Part shown: one piece after another, positions 47,811-58,989 of the stretch
Numbering within the stretch: position 1 is the first letter of the stretch
How the letters are laid out: every line of letters starts with the position of its first letter
Assembly (NCBI GenBank): GCA_965215605.1
Contig: OZ244070.1
Coordinates: 1 to 64,000 of the forward strand
Length of the DNA stretch: 64,000 bases
From: an uncultured Candidatus Binatia bacterium
GTDB lineage: Bacteria; Desulfobacterota; Binatia; UBA9968; JAJDTQ01
Direction: 5' to 3'
Notes under the pieces: generated by a model
Seen by the model: the letters and a program-made list of their open reading frames with translations, nothing else
What the model was told of the DNA's origin: nothing
Database searches by the model: none
Made by a program: the position numbers and the translations under genes

Positions 47811-48611
47811 ATGAGGTTGTGCAGATTTCAACACGACGGCAAGACGGGCTTCGGTATCATCGATGACGGGGACACCGTAACCGTGATCGGGGGCAGCCCC
47901 TTCGAGAACTACACCGTCACCGGCGAGACCCATGCCCTGAGCGAGGTCAAGCTGCTGGCGCCCATGGTCCCGCCCACCTTTTACGCCGCGGGGGTCAACT
48001 ACCGGGAGCACGTCACCTTTGCCGCGAAGATACGCGGTGAGGAGCCCGTGTTTCCCCCCAAGCCGGACGTAGGCTACCGCGCGGTCAACGCGCTGGCGGC
48101 CCACGAAGACGCCATCGTCATTCCTCGTGACGCCTCGGAGCTGGTGCAGTACGAGGGCGAGCTGGTGGCGGTCATCGGCCGGAAGTGCCGGGACGTGCCG
48201 GAGGACGAGGCGCTGGACTACGTGTTCGGCTACACCATCGGCAACGACGTGAGCGAGCGAGCATGGCAGAAGTCGGACCGCACCCTGTGGCGCGCCAAGA
48301 ACACCGACACCTTCAAGCCCATGGGTCCGTGGATCGTCACCGACCTCGATCCCGACGACCTCCACGTCACCATCACGTTGAACGAGCGGGTGGTGGGCGA
48401 GTACGACGTCCGGGACGCCATCTTCGGCGTCGCCCGCTACATCAGCGCCATGAGCCGATACCTGACCCTGGTGCCGGGAGACGTGCTTTGGATGGGCACG
48501 GACGGGGCCACCGAGAACATGAAGGACGGCGATGTGGTGGCCGTCGAGGTCAGCGACATCGGCACGCTGCGCAATCCGGTGGTGCGGGAGAAGGACCCCG
48601 CGGTCTCCTGA
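47811..48611 (+). CDS. Fumarylacetoacetate hydrolase family protein
   Basis: GVNYREH, YEGELVAVIG, GYTIGNDVSER, AKNTDTFKPMGPWI, PGDVLWMGT. Confidence 0.9.
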   Translation: MRLCRFQHDGKTGFGIIDDGDTVTVIGGSPFENYTVTGETHALSEVKLLAPMVPPTFYAAGVNYREHVTFAAKIRGEEPVFPPKPDVGYRAVNALAAHEDAIVIPRDASELVQYEGELVAVIGRKCRDVPEDEALDYVFGYTIGNDVSERAWQKSDRTLWRAKNTDTFKPMGPWIVTDLDPDDLHVTITLNERVVGEYDVRDAIFGVARYISAMSRYLTLVPGDVLWMGTDGATENMKDGDVVAVEVSDIGTLRNPVVREKDPAVS

Positions 48612-48671
48612 AGCGCGACCTGGACCAGGGGCGCGGCCCTCGGCCGCCCGGCGCGGTCCGTCCCTGAAGCC

Positions 48672-49385
48672 ATGTCCGAACTCTTCCTCATCCTCGTGAC
48701 CTTCGTCGCCTCCACCACCGCCGCGGTGGTGGGCCTCGGCGGCGGCATCCTGCTCATCTCGGTGATGCCGGGGCTGATTCCGACCTTCGCCATCATCCCG
48801 GTGCACGGGATGGTGCAGATCTTCAGCAACCTCACCCGCACGCTGTTCGGGCTGCGCCACGTGGTGTGGACGCTGTTCGCGCCCTTCGTGGCAGGCGCGG
48901 TGCTGGGGGCCGCCGCGGGCTCGATGCTGCTGGTGGACATCAGCTCCGACTACCTGCCGGCGATCATCGGCTGCTTCATTCTTCTGATTACGTGGACGCC
49001 GACCGTCCAGAGCGTGCCGCAGATACCCGGCAAATTCGGCATCGTCGGCGCGGTGCAGACCTTCCTGTCGCTGTTCGTGGGCGTTGTCGGCCCCCTGAAC
49101 ATGCCCTTCCTGATCCGTGAGGGGCTGTCCCGGGACCGTCTGGTGATCACGCACTCCACCCAGATGACCGCGGTGCACATCATCAAGGTGTCGACTTTCT
49201 TCTTGCTTGGATTCGCCTTTGCACCGTACCTTTACCTGATGGCGGGCATGATCCTGAGCGCGACCCTGGGCTCCTGGGTCGGCACCCGCTGGCGCGCCCG
49301 GGTCCCGGAGGCCCTGTTCCGCAAGATCCTCAAATGGGTCGTCACGCTGCTGGCGCTGCGGATGATCGTGGGCGTGGGGCTATAG
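48672..49385 (+). CDS. TauE/SafE sulfite exporter family membrane protein
   Basis: VGLGGGILL, VGVVGPL, LGSWVG. About 8 TM segments. Confidence 0.85.
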   Translation: MSELFLILVTFVASTTAAVVGLGGGILLISVMPGLIPTFAIIPVHGMVQIFSNLTRTLFGLRHVVWTLFAPFVAGAVLGAAAGSMLLVDISSDYLPAIIGCFILLITWTPTVQSVPQIPGKFGIVGAVQTFLSLFVGVVGPLNMPFLIREGLSRDRLVITHSTQMTAVHIIKVSTFFLLGFAFAPYLYLMAGMILSATLGSWVGTRWRARVPEALFRKILKWVVTLLALRMIVGVGL

Positions 49386-49415
49386 GCCGCACACGGAAGG
49401 AGGCGCTGAAGAGCC

Positions 49416-50804
49416 ATGACCAAGGAACGTATCAAGGACCTCATCGACGGCGGCGCCGCGGACGCGGACGTAACCGTGGAGGGATGGCTGCGGACCGTGC
49501 GCCACAGCAAGAACGTGTCTTTCCTCGACCTCTCCGACGGCTCGTGCATGTCCGGCATCCAGGCGGTGGCGGCGCCGGAGCTGGCCAACTACGAGGCCGA
49601 GATCCGCAAGCTCACCACCGGCTGCTGCGTGCGCGTGGCCGGCCGGCTAGTGGAGTCGCCGGGCCAGGGGCAGCGCTACGAGATCCAGGCGCGGCAGGTG
49701 GAGGTGGTGGGCCACTCGGACGAGGATTATCCGCTCCAGAAGAAGCGCCACAGCTTCGAGTTCCTGCGCACCCTCGGGCACCTGCGCATGCGCACCAACA
49801 CCTTCGGCGCGGTGATGCGGGTGCGGAACGCCGCCGCCCGGGCCATCCACGACTTCTTTCAGCGGCGGAGTTTCATCCACCTTCACGCTCCCATCATCAC
49901 GCTTTCCGACTGCGAGGGCGCCGGCGAGATGTTCCGGGTGTCCGCGCTGGACCCCGACCAGGCGCCGCGCACGGAATCCGGCGGCGTGGACTACTCCCAG
50001 GACTTCTTCGGCAAGGAGGCCCGGCTCACGGTGTCGGGACAGCTCGAGGCCGAGATCGCCGCCCTCGCCCTGACCAACGTCTACACCTTCGGACCCACCT
50101 TCCGGTCGGAGAACTCCAACACCAGCCGGCATCTGGCGGAGTTCTGGATGGTGGAGCCGGAAATGGCCTTCTGCGACATCCAGGGAAACATGGACCTGGC
50201 CGAGGCGTTCCTGAAGGAGATCACCAGAGACGTGCTGGCGAGCTGTCCCGACGACATGGCGTTCTTCAACGAGCGCATCGACAAGACCGTGCTGGAGACC
50301 CTCGCCCACATCGTGGAGCAGCCCTTCGAGCGCATGACCTATACCGAGGCGGTGGACATCCTCCAGCGTTCCGGCCGCTCCTTCGAGTACCCGGTGTCGT
50401 GGGGCGTCAACCTCCAGAGCGAGCACGAGCGCTACATCGTGGAAGAGCACGTGGGGCGGCCGGTCATCGTCATCGACTATCCCAGGGAGATCAAGGCGTT
50501 CTACATGTACCTCAACGACGACGAGCGCACCGTGGCGGCCATGGACGTGCTGGTGCCCAAGATCGGCGAGATCATCGGCGGCTCCCAGCGGGAGCACCGC
50601 CTGACGCAGCTCCGGCAGCGGATCCGCGAGTGCGACCTGCCGGAAGAGGAATACTGGTGGTACCTGGAGCTGCGGCGTTACGGCTCGGCACCCCACGCGG
50701 GCTTCGGCCTGGGCTTCGAGCGTCTGGTCCAGTTCATGACCGGCATGGGCAACATCCGCGACGTCATTCCCTTCCCCCGTGTCCCCGGATTCGCGGAGTT
50801 CTGA
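49416..50804 (+). CDS. asnS: Asparagine--tRNA ligase
   Basis: [65 protein letters not shown]. Confidence 0.97.
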   Translation: MTKERIKDLIDGGAADADVTVEGWLRTVRHSKNVSFLDLSDGSCMSGIQAVAAPELANYEAEIRKLTTGCCVRVAGRLVESPGQGQRYEIQARQVEVVGHSDEDYPLQKKRHSFEFLRTLGHLRMRTNTFGAVMRVRNAAARAIHDFFQRRSFIHLHAPIITLSDCEGAGEMFRVSALDPDQAPRTESGGVDYSQDFFGKEARLTVSGQLEAEIAALALTNVYTFGPTFRSENSNTSRHLAEFWMVEPEMAFCDIQGNMDLAEAFLKEITRDVLASCPDDMAFFNERIDKTVLETLAHIVEQPFERMTYTEAVDILQRSGRSFEYPVSWGVNLQSEHERYIVEEHVGRPVIVIDYPREIKAFYMYLNDDERTVAAMDVLVPKIGEIIGGSQREHRLTQLRQRIRECDLPEEEYWWYLELRRYGSAPHAGFGLGFERLVQFMTGMGNIRDVIPFPRVPGFAEF

Positions 50805-50903
50805 GCCCGCGCCAACTACGCAGCCGGCGGCAGATTTGCGGCCCCCACGGCCCCTTGATATGCTCGACCTTTCCGACCACAACCCCAACCCGGAGGCTCC
50901 CGC

Positions 50904-52040
50904 ATGATCGAAGCACCGTTTCCCCAAGCAGAGTACGAGTCACGGCACCAGCAGTTGCAGCGGCTCATGGAGCGGGACGAACTGGACCTCATCGTGGCCT
51001 CGGGCCGCGACAACTTCTGGTACTTCACCGGCCTCGTCAGCTACCAGTTCGACCACCTGATGCGGCCCGAGATCTGCTTCATCCCCAAGGAGGGCAAGCC
51101 CTTCGCGCTGGTGTACGGCAACAACAAGACCAAGGCCGAGGCGCTGCCGTGGTTCGGCGAAGTGCGGAGCTACGTGGACGTGCCCTTTCCGCGGGAAATG
51201 CTGAGCGACATCCTGAACGACATGGGCTACGGCGCCGCGAAGCTGGGGTTCGAACTCGACGACGACCAGCGGCTGGGCTTCCCGGTGAACTATCTCACCC
51301 AGCTCACCGAGGCGCTGCCCAAGGCCAAGATCGAGGACGGCTCCGCTGCCCTCACCGATCAGCGTCTCTACAAGAGCCCGCGGGAGATGGAGAACATGCG
51401 CAAGGCCTGCGACATCTCGGTAAGCGCCTTCGACCGCATCCTGCCGGACCTGAAGGCCGGGGTGACCCGCCGGGAGGTGGCCGAACGCCTCTACATCGCC
51501 ATGACCCAGGAAGGCGCCCATCCGCGCCATCCCGGCTTCCTCATGCTGAATGCCTCCACCAAGTACGACGACCGCCGCTACGAGAAGGGCGACCGCCTGA
51601 TCGCCGACTTCGGCGCCTGCTACGAGGGCTACTACGGCGACATCACGCGCCAGGCGATCTTCGGCGCGCCGAGCGCGGATCAGACCAAGGAGCATGCCTT
51701 GGCGCTGCACCTGATCCAGGAATGCAAGAAGGTGATGAAGCCGGGGACGCCCATCGCCGAGATCCCGCGAGTGGCTAACATCGAGCTCAAGAGGAACGGC
51801 TACCCCGAGGTGGACAGCCCCAAACGCATCGGACACGGCATCGGAATGGCCCGGGCCGAACCCCCGTCCATCAGCGAGGCCGAGGTCCGCAACGTGGAAG
51901 TGGGCATGGTGCTCGCCATCGAGCCGAAGGTGCGCATCCCGGGGGCCTCCATCCACCTGGAAGAGGACGTATTCATCACGGCGGACGGCGCCGAGCCGCT
52001 GACCGCCGGTGCCGAACGGCTCCACGTCATCGAACAATGA
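50904..52040 (+). CDS. M24 Xaa-Pro peptidase/creatinase family protein
   Basis: Creatinase-like N domain. DFGA..GYYGDITR, GHGIG, AIEP and LEED ligands. Confidence 0.88.
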   Translation: MIEAPFPQAEYESRHQQLQRLMERDELDLIVASGRDNFWYFTGLVSYQFDHLMRPEICFIPKEGKPFALVYGNNKTKAEALPWFGEVRSYVDVPFPREMLSDILNDMGYGAAKLGFELDDDQRLGFPVNYLTQLTEALPKAKIEDGSAALTDQRLYKSPREMENMRKACDISVSAFDRILPDLKAGVTRREVAERLYIAMTQEGAHPRHPGFLMLNASTKYDDRRYEKGDRLIADFGACYEGYYGDITRQAIFGAPSADQTKEHALALHLIQECKKVMKPGTPIAEIPRVANIELKRNGYPEVDSPKRIGHGIGMARAEPPSISEAEVRNVEVGMVLAIEPKVRIPGASIHLEEDVFITADGAEPLTAGAERLHVIEQ

Positions 52041-52080
52041 GGCGGCCGGGCCGCAGGGCCCGCGATAGCCGGGGAACGCC

Positions 52081-53067
52081 ATGGCCAACGGAATCCTATA
52101 TCTGTCCAACGACGACGTGAAGCGCCTGCTCGACCTGGGCAAGGCCATCGACATCGTCAAGTCCGCATTGCAGGACCACAGCGCCGGACGCGTAGGCTGG
52201 TCCGTTCCGGAAGATCTCGCGGTCAAGCCCGAGCAAGGCTGGCAGTACTGGGTGACCGGCTGCTCCCTGGACGCCGCCGCCGGGTTCCGCTTCCGCGCCA
52301 TCAAGGCCGCGGGCGGCAGCCGCGACCCCTCACGGCCGCCCCAGGGCCCCCGGCGCATCCTCATCCTGAGCGATCGCCAGGGCGGCGAGGTCACCGCCAT
52401 CATGGACGAGGACTGGTGCCACTCCGTCAGGACCGGCGCCGCCGCCACCGTGGCCTGCCAGAGCCTCTCGCGCCGGGGCGCGTCGGTGATGGCCATGCTC
52501 GGGGTCGGCGACACGGCCCGGGCCACCGTGCCGGTCATGGCGCGGGCCTTCAACCTCTCCGAGGTGCGGGTGCTGTCCCGCCGCCCCGAGACCCGGGAGG
52601 CCTTCGCCCGGGAGGTCGGCGAAGAGTTGGATCTGAACATCGTCCCCTGCGACACCGCCCCGCGGGCGCTGGCCGGCGCCGACCTGGTGGTCTCCGCCAC
52701 CACCACCTCCGAGCCCTTCGTCAAGCAGGAATGGATCTCCGAAGGGGCCTTCGTCTACTCCATCGGCAAGCATCAGGAACTGGAGAACGCCGCCTACAAG
52801 GGCATGGGAAAGTTCGTTGTGGATAGTTGGGCCCAGTGCAAGAAGAAGTCGGACATCGACCGGATGCTCAAGGAAGGCTTCCTCACCGCCGATGATGTCT
52901 ATGCCGAGATTCCCGACGTCCTGTCGGGAAAGGTACCCGGCCGGGAGGACGACCAGGAACGGATTTTCATGCGCGCCATCGGCCTGGTGAACCAGGACAT
53001 CTCGCTGGCCGCGTGGCTGTACCGGAAAGCCTTGGAGGAAGGCGCCGGAACCCGGCTGCCCTACTGA
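52081..53067 (+). CDS. Ornithine cyclodeaminase/mu-crystallin family protein
   Basis: VRTGAAA, LGVGDTA, SATT, SIG...ELE, PGRE...GLVNQDI. Confidence 0.88.
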   Translation: MANGILYLSNDDVKRLLDLGKAIDIVKSALQDHSAGRVGWSVPEDLAVKPEQGWQYWVTGCSLDAAAGFRFRAIKAAGGSRDPSRPPQGPRRILILSDRQGGEVTAIMDEDWCHSVRTGAAATVACQSLSRRGASVMAMLGVGDTARATVPVMARAFNLSEVRVLSRRPETREAFAREVGEELDLNIVPCDTAPRALAGADLVVSATTTSEPFVKQEWISEGAFVYSIGKHQELENAAYKGMGKFVVDSWAQCKKKSDIDRMLKEGFLTADDVYAEIPDVLSGKVPGREDDQERIFMRAIGLVNQDISLAAWLYRKALEEGAGTRLPY

Positions 53068-53085
53068 ACCATCGCTCCGCCAGCC

Positions 53086-53773
53086 ATGGACATCTTCCTC
53101 CTCATGGGCCAGTCCAACATGGCCGGCCGCGGGCTCCTGGAAGACGTGGAGCCCATCCGCGACGAAGCGCATCCGCGTGTTCCAGGACGGCCGCTGGGTC
53201 GTCGCCGAAGAGCCGTTACACCATGACCGACCCACCGCCGGCATCGGCCTGGCCATGAGCTTCGCCCGCGCGGTGCTGGCCGCAGGCCCGGACCGGGAAA
53301 TCGGCTTGATGCCCCGGGCCGTGGGCTCCACGCCTCTCGAACGCTGGATGCCCGGCGCCGACCTCCATGAAGGCGCCATGGCCGCCGCTCGCGAGGTCGC
53401 CGGGGACGGCGCCATCAAGGCCGTGCTGTGGCACCAGGGAGAGCACGACTCCAAGTCAGAAACCGACGCCTCCAGTTACCTCCAGCGGTTCAGCGTCATG
53501 GTGGCCAGGTTGAGAGAGCAACTCGACGCCCCTTTTCTGCCGGTGATCGTGGGAGAGCTGGGAGGCTATCTTTCGAAACGTGCCGATTTCCCGCACTACC
53601 GGATCGTGAACGCGGAACTGCGCAAGGTCCCGGAAACCGTTCCCCACAGCGCCTTCGTCAACGCCCAAGGCCTCACCGACAAGGGCGACCGCCTGCACTA
53701 CGACGCCCGGTCGCTGAGGGTCTTCGGGGAGCGGTATGCTGACGCCTACCGGAAGCTGCAGGACGGTCCGTAA
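53086..53773 (+). pseudogene. Sialate O-acetylesterase (SASA/CE6) family gene with a +1 frameshift near 53165
   Basis: MDIFLLMGQSNMAGRG starts in one frame. EPLH, WHQGEHD and DRLHYD lie in the next frame. Confidence 0.8.
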
Positions 53774-53846
53774 ATCCTTGTGCCGCATAGGGAGATCCCG
53801 GAACGGCGGACGGGCCGGGGGGCGCGCGCACGACGGGCGGAAAGCC

Positions 53847-54823
53847 ATGAGATGGATGATCGGACTGGCCGCGGGCCTGGTGTTGGTCGTCGGCGCGGCA
53901 CAGGTGGCGCACCCGGGCGAGCGCTGGAAGATGCCGACGGCCCATGCGGAGACCAACTACCACACCGAGAACGCCAGACTCTTCGCCGAGGCGGTGGGCA
54001 TCTGCACCGGCGGCGCGCTGGAGATCACGGTTCACGCCAACGGAACACTCTACAAGGGCGACGAGATCAAGCGCGCGGTAGAGACCGGCCGGGCGGCCAT
54101 CGGCGAGCGCTTTCTGAGCGCGCACCAGGGCGAGAACGCCGTGTTCGGCTTCGACTCGGTACCCTTCCTGGCGACGTCCTTCGAGGCGTCCGAGCGACTC
54201 TGGCAGGCGGCCAAGGAACGGCTTGCCCAGGTTCTGGCCGGCCAGAACCTGGTGCTGCTGTACTCGGTGCCCTGGCCGCCGCAGGGGATGTACTTCAAGC
54301 GCGCCATCGAGAGCGTCGCCGACATGAAAGGGATCCGGTTCCGCGCCAACAACGAGGCGACCGCGAGGTTCGCGGCCCACGCCGGGATGCCGGCGGTGCA
54401 GCTCGAGGCGGCGAAGTTGCGGGCGGCGCTGGCGGACGGCAGGGCGGAGGCCTTCATCTCCTCGGGCGCCACCGGTTACGACCGCCAGGTCTGGGACTAT
54501 GTGAGCCACTTCTACGACGTCCGTGCGTGGATACCGCGCAACTACGTGTTCGCCAACAAGGACGCCTTCGCGGCGCTCGCCGCAGGCGCCCGAAACTGCC
54601 TGCGGGCGACGGCGCTGCTGGCGGAGGCGGCGGGAACGACGCGCGCCCGCGAGCTACCGACTGGTACCCGGCGCAACTGGCCGCCAACGGCATGAGCGTG
54701 CAGGCACCGGGTGAGCGGCTCGCCGCCGACCTCGCGGCCATCGGCGCCACCATGGCGGCCGAGTGGGCGAAAGCCGCAGGCGCCCAAGGCGCCGCGATCA
54801 TCGCCGCCTTCAAAGCCGAGTAG
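53847..54823 (+). pseudogene. TRAP transporter DctP-like substrate-binding protein with a frameshift near 54655
   Basis: NYHTENA, LEITVHANGTL, DSVPFLA, YSVPWPPQG, WIPRN. The natural C-terminus (LAANGMSV..EWAKAAG..) is in another frame. Confidence 0.8.
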
Positions 54824-54830
54824 CGTTGTC

Positions 54831-55757
54831 CTATCCACCGGCCGGCCCTCTTGTCTGAGCCATCCGGTTCAAGCCAAGCACCAACAGGAATCCAAGGACA
54901 CACAAACCCGCCGCCAGCCAGAAGGCGCCGTCCACCGCCGGCAGCACGTTGATTTCCCCGAAGGCCGACCCCTCGCCCTGCCCCGGCACCGCCGCCTTGA
55001 ACGGCCAGATCTTCCGCAGCGAACCGGCCATGAAGCCGATGAGGAGCGCGAGGGTGATCTGGTGGTGCCGGCGCAGCAGCCAGCTCAGGACCCGCACGAA
55101 CGGCAGGATGCCGCATATCGCGCCCTTGGCAAGCGGCAGGATGGCGAGGAAGTCCCGGTCATGGACGGCGTCGATGGCGAACTCGTACTGGCCCAGGAGC
55201 AGAAGGATGAAGGAGCCGGAGAGGCCGGGCAGCATCATGGCCGTGATGGCGGCGGCCCCGCTCAGGAAGAGCGTCACGGCATCGTGGGGCATTTCCGCGG
55301 GGACCAGGCCCACCAGCCCCCAGGCGGCCGCCGTGCCCAGCAGCAGGCACAGCACGGCGGTCACGGACCAGCGCAACCGGGCGGCCACGGTCACGATGCT
55401 GGCCAGGACCAGGCCGAGGAAGAAGGCGAACAGCGGCACCGGGTGATGGTCCAGCAGCCAGCCGACGGGGCCGGCCAGCAGCAGGACGGCGGCGGCGATG
55501 CCGGCGCCGAGCACGGCCAGGAACCGCCAGGGAACGGCGGCCACCGCCTCGCGGAAGCGCAGGCGCACCAGCATGAGCAGCAGCCGCCAGTTGAAGGCCT
55601 TGAGGGCGTCCACGAGCTCGCCGTAGATGCCCATGATGAAGGCCATGGTGCCGCCCGAGACGCCGGGGACGACATCGGCGGCGCCCATGGTCAGGCCGGA
55701 GACGGCGACGTAGAGGTAATGCTTCAGCCCGCGGGGCGGGCGGTTGGTGGCGGCCAC
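54831..55757 (-). CDS. DUF368 family membrane protein (putative undecaprenyl-phosphate translocase)
   Basis: MGAADVVPGVSGGTMAFIMGIY, AMMLPGLSGSFILLLLG, GFMAGSL.KIWPF. Confidence 0.9.
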   Translation of the reverse strand: MAATNRPPRGLKHYLYVAVSGLTMGAADVVPGVSGGTMAFIMGIYGELVDALKAFNWRLLLMLVRLRFREAVAAVPWRFLAVLGAGIAAAVLLLAGPVGWLLDHHPVPLFAFFLGLVLASIVTVAARLRWSVTAVLCLLLGTAAAWGLVGLVPAEMPHDAVTLFLSGAAAITAMMLPGLSGSFILLLLGQYEFAIDAVHDRDFLAILPLAKGAICGILPFVRVLSWLLRRHHQITLALLIGFMAGSLRKIWPFKAAVPGQGEGSAFGEINVLPAVDGAFWLAAGLCVLGFLLVLGLNRMAQTRGPAGG

Positions 55758-55764
55758 GCTGCCG

Positions 55765-56730
55765 TTACAGCCCCAGCGCTGCCTGCTTTTCGTTCCACGC
55801 GGCCATCAACTCCTCCTTCTCTTCCCCCATGTGGTCGATGGCCTGGGCGACGATGTCGACTCCCACGAGATCGGACCAGCCCTTGAGCAGCCGCAGGGTC
55901 ACGGGGCCGGGCGCGTCATACGGAAAGCCGACGCCGTTGATGCTCCTGATGGGCACGATGGTGGGGCTGGTGCTGGTGAGGAAGGCCTCGTCGGCGTTGA
56001 TGCAGTCGTAGGGCGTCAGGTTGGTCTCCTCCACCTCCATGTCCAACCTGTCCGACAGCTCCCCGAGCACCGCGCGGGTGATGCCGCCGAGGACGTTCTT
56101 GGAGCCCGGCGTGTAGACCTTCCCGCCGACCACCGCGAAGAAGTTGTGAGCGTTGCTCTCGGCGATGTTGCCGTCAAGGTCCAGCATCAGCGGGATGGCT
56201 TTGGGGTCCGCCTGCCGGGCCTCGAAGGTGGCGATGATGTGGTTCATCTTGTTGGTGATCTTGGCCTTGGACTCCAGGCACTGGGGCGGAATGCGCCGGG
56301 TGGCAGGCACGATGATGGTGACGCCCTCGACGTAGTGCCGGCAGAACCCGGTGAAGTCCACGTCCATGCAGTAGATGGCCACGGTGGCGTGATTGTTCTG
56401 GCGGGGGCCCGTGGAAGAGCGCGGACCCCGGCTGATCACCTGCCAGATGGCATAGTCGTCGTCGGGGGCCAGCAGGTCCCTGTTGCGCTCGAGCACTTCC
56501 AGCGCCGCCTCCTCCATCTCCTCCTGCGACATGCCGCAGTCGATGCGGGTGTACTTCAGGGAGCGGTACAGGCGGTCGTTGTGCTCCTTGAGCTTGAACG
56601 GCTTGTGCCGGAAGGTGCGGGTCACGTCGTAGACGCCGTCGCCGGCGTGGAAGCCCATGTCGAGAACGGATACCTTGGCCTCGCTCTCGGGCACGAAGCT
56701 GCCGTTCAAATAGACGATCTTCTCATGCAT
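55765..56730 (-). CDS. Class IV PLP-dependent aminotransferase
   Basis: VYLNG, GDGVYDVTRT, KAKITN, GNIAE...NFF, LGGITR, ADEAFLTST, PGPVT. Confidence 0.9.
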   Translation of the reverse strand: MHEKIVYLNGSFVPESEAKVSVLDMGFHAGDGVYDVTRTFRHKPFKLKEHNDRLYRSLKYTRIDCGMSQEEMEEAALEVLERNRDLLAPDDDYAIWQVISRGPRSSTGPRQNNHATVAIYCMDVDFTGFCRHYVEGVTIIVPATRRIPPQCLESKAKITNKMNHIIATFEARQADPKAIPLMLDLDGNIAESNAHNFFAVVGGKVYTPGSKNVLGGITRAVLGELSDRLDMEVEETNLTPYDCINADEAFLTSTSPTIVPIRSINGVGFPYDAPGPVTLRLLKGWSDLVGVDIVAQAIDHMGEEKEELMAAWNEKQAALGL

Positions 56731-56902
56731 CACGGTTCCTCCATCGCGGGATTCACGGCCGACAAGGGAATCTACTACGAAACGGCGGGCCGGTCCATTT
56801 GCCGCGGGATTCACGGCCGGGCCGGCTGGTGTCCTGTCACGGGAATGGCTAAGATGGAACCTATCAGTTTGTTGCCATCAGCCAACGGAAGCCTCGTCCT
56901 TC

Positions 56903-57916
56903 ATGCGGGTCCTCGTCACCGGCGGCGCCGGTTATATCGGAAGTCACATCTGCCTCGAGCTGCTGGAGGCCGGCCACGACGTCACCGTGGTGGACAACCT
57001 GGCCAACGGCAAGCGGGAGGCCCTGCGGCGCGTGGAGACGCTGGCACAACGGCCGCTGGAGCTCTTCACCGCCGACCTCAACCACAAGGACGACCTGTCC
57101 GCCGCCTTCGCCGGACCGGGCATCGGCGCCGTGATCCACTGCGCCGGGCTCAAGGCGGTGGCGGAATCGGTGACCGAGCCGCTGCGATACTACGCCAACA
57201 ACGTGGCCGGGACCGTCACGCTGTGCGAAACCATGCAGCGGCACGGCGTCGGCCGTCTCGTCTTCAGCTCGTCCTGTACCGTCTATGGGGACGCCGCGAC
57301 GGTCCCCATCACCGAAGAACTGCCGCCGGCGCCGGTGAACCCGTACGGCCGCACCAAGAGGATGGTCGAGCAGCTCCTTGCCGACCTTCAGGGCGCCGAT
57401 CCCGCCTGGGACATCACGTTGCTGCGCTACTTCAATCCCGCCGGGGCCCATGCCAGCGGCCGGATCGGCGAGGACCCGGCGGGGGTCCCCGACAACCTCT
57501 TCGCCTACATCGCCCAGGTGGCCGTGGGGCGACGCCCGGAGCTGCGGGTCTTCGGCAACGACTACCCGACGCCGGACGGCACCGGCGTGCGAGACTACAT
57601 CCACGTGGTGGATTTGGCGTTGGCTCACGTCCGGGCGCTGGAAGCCGAGGGCGAGGCCGGGTTGCGCGTCTACAACCTGGGAACCGGACGGGGCTACAGC
57701 GTTCTGGAGGTGGTGGACGCCTTCGAGAGCGCATCCGGCCGGAAGATCCCGTACGTCATCGCGCCGCGCCGTCCCGGAGACGTGGCCCGGGCCTACGCGG
57801 ACCCGTCCAAGGCCCACGCCGAACTGGGCTGGCGCGCCCGGCGCGACCTCCACGAGATGTGCCGCGACGCCTGGCGATGGCAGTCGCGGAACCCGGACGG
57901 CTATCCGCATCCTTGA
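56903..57916 (+). CDS. galE: UDP-glucose 4-epimerase
   Basis: [51 protein letters not shown]. Confidence 0.95.
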   Translation: MRVLVTGGAGYIGSHICLELLEAGHDVTVVDNLANGKREALRRVETLAQRPLELFTADLNHKDDLSAAFAGPGIGAVIHCAGLKAVAESVTEPLRYYANNVAGTVTLCETMQRHGVGRLVFSSSCTVYGDAATVPITEELPPAPVNPYGRTKRMVEQLLADLQGADPAWDITLLRYFNPAGAHASGRIGEDPAGVPDNLFAYIAQVAVGRRPELRVFGNDYPTPDGTGVRDYIHVVDLALAHVRALEAEGEAGLRVYNLGTGRGYSVLEVVDAFESASGRKIPYVIAPRRPGDVARAYADPSKAHAELGWRARRDLHEMCRDAWRWQSRNPDGYPHP

Positions 57917-58028
57917 ACGCCGGCCGAAAGAAGGCCGCGAAGGCCCGAATGAATTGACAAGGGGTGCCCTGGACGCCACACTGAAACAGTGGGCTAGAAT
58001 GAAAAGAAGGGACCGGAGGAAAGCACTC

Positions 58029-58988
58029 ATGCTGATCAAGAGGCCCGACGACATCAAGAGCAGCGAGATCACCGACAAGAAACTGTATCTCAACCGGCGC
58101 CAGTTCATTCGCACCGCGTCGCTGGGAGCCGCCGGTCTGGGCTCGGGCCTGCTGGTCCCTGGCCTGTTCGGATCCATGGACGAGGCGCTGGCGGCCACGA
58201 AGCTCGAGGGTTTCACCACGGGCAAGTTTGCCACGGACGAGCCCAAGACCCCGCTCAAGGACATCACCAGCTATAACAACTTCTACGAGTTCGGCACCGA
58301 CAAAGGGGACCCGAAACGAAATTCCGGGAGCCTCAAGACCCGGCCCTGGACCGTGGCGGTGGAGGGCGAGGTCAACAAGCCCAGGACCTTCGACATCGAG
58401 GAGCTGCTGAAGATGCCGCTGGAGGAGCGGGTCTACCGGCTCCGGTGCGTCGAGGCATGGTCCATGGTGATTCCCTGGATCGGGTTCGAGCTGCAACACC
58501 TGATCAAGGCGGTGGAGCCCACCAACAACGCCAAGTACCTCCAGTTCGTCACCCTCCACGACCCCGAGCAGATGCCCGGGCAGCGCCGGGGATTCCTGGA
58601 CTGGCCCTATGTCGAGGGCTTGCGCATGGACGAGGCCATGAACCCGCTCACGATCATGGGGGTGGGACTCTACGGCGAGGTGATGCCCAACCAGAACGGC
58701 GCGCCCATCCGCCTCGTGGCGCCGTGGAAGTACGGCTTCAAGAGCGCCAAGTCCATCGTCAAGATCCGCTTCGTGGAGAAGGAACCGGCGACGGCATGGA
58801 ACGTTGCCGCCCCTCAGGAGTACGGCTTCTATTCCAACGTGAACCCCACCGTGAACCATCCCCGCTGGAGCCAGGCAAGCGAGCGGCGCATCGGGGACTT
58901 CTTCAGGCGCAAGACACTGATGTTCAACGGGTACGAGGAACAGGTGGCCCACCTGTATAAGGGGATGGACCTGAAGAAACTATACTGA
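58029..58988 (+). CDS. msrP: Protein-methionine-sulfoxide reductase catalytic subunit
   Basis: Tat [53 protein letters not shown]. Confidence 0.96.
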   Translation: MLIKRPDDIKSSEITDKKLYLNRRQFIRTASLGAAGLGSGLLVPGLFGSMDEALAATKLEGFTTGKFATDEPKTPLKDITSYNNFYEFGTDKGDPKRNSGSLKTRPWTVAVEGEVNKPRTFDIEELLKMPLEERVYRLRCVEAWSMVIPWIGFELQHLIKAVEPTNNAKYLQFVTLHDPEQMPGQRRGFLDWPYVEGLRMDEAMNPLTIMGVGLYGEVMPNQNGAPIRLVAPWKYGFKSAKSIVKIRFVEKEPATAWNVAAPQEYGFYSNVNPTVNHPRWSQASERRIGDFFRRKTLMFNGYEEQVAHLYKGMDLKKLY

Positions 58989-58989
58989 C

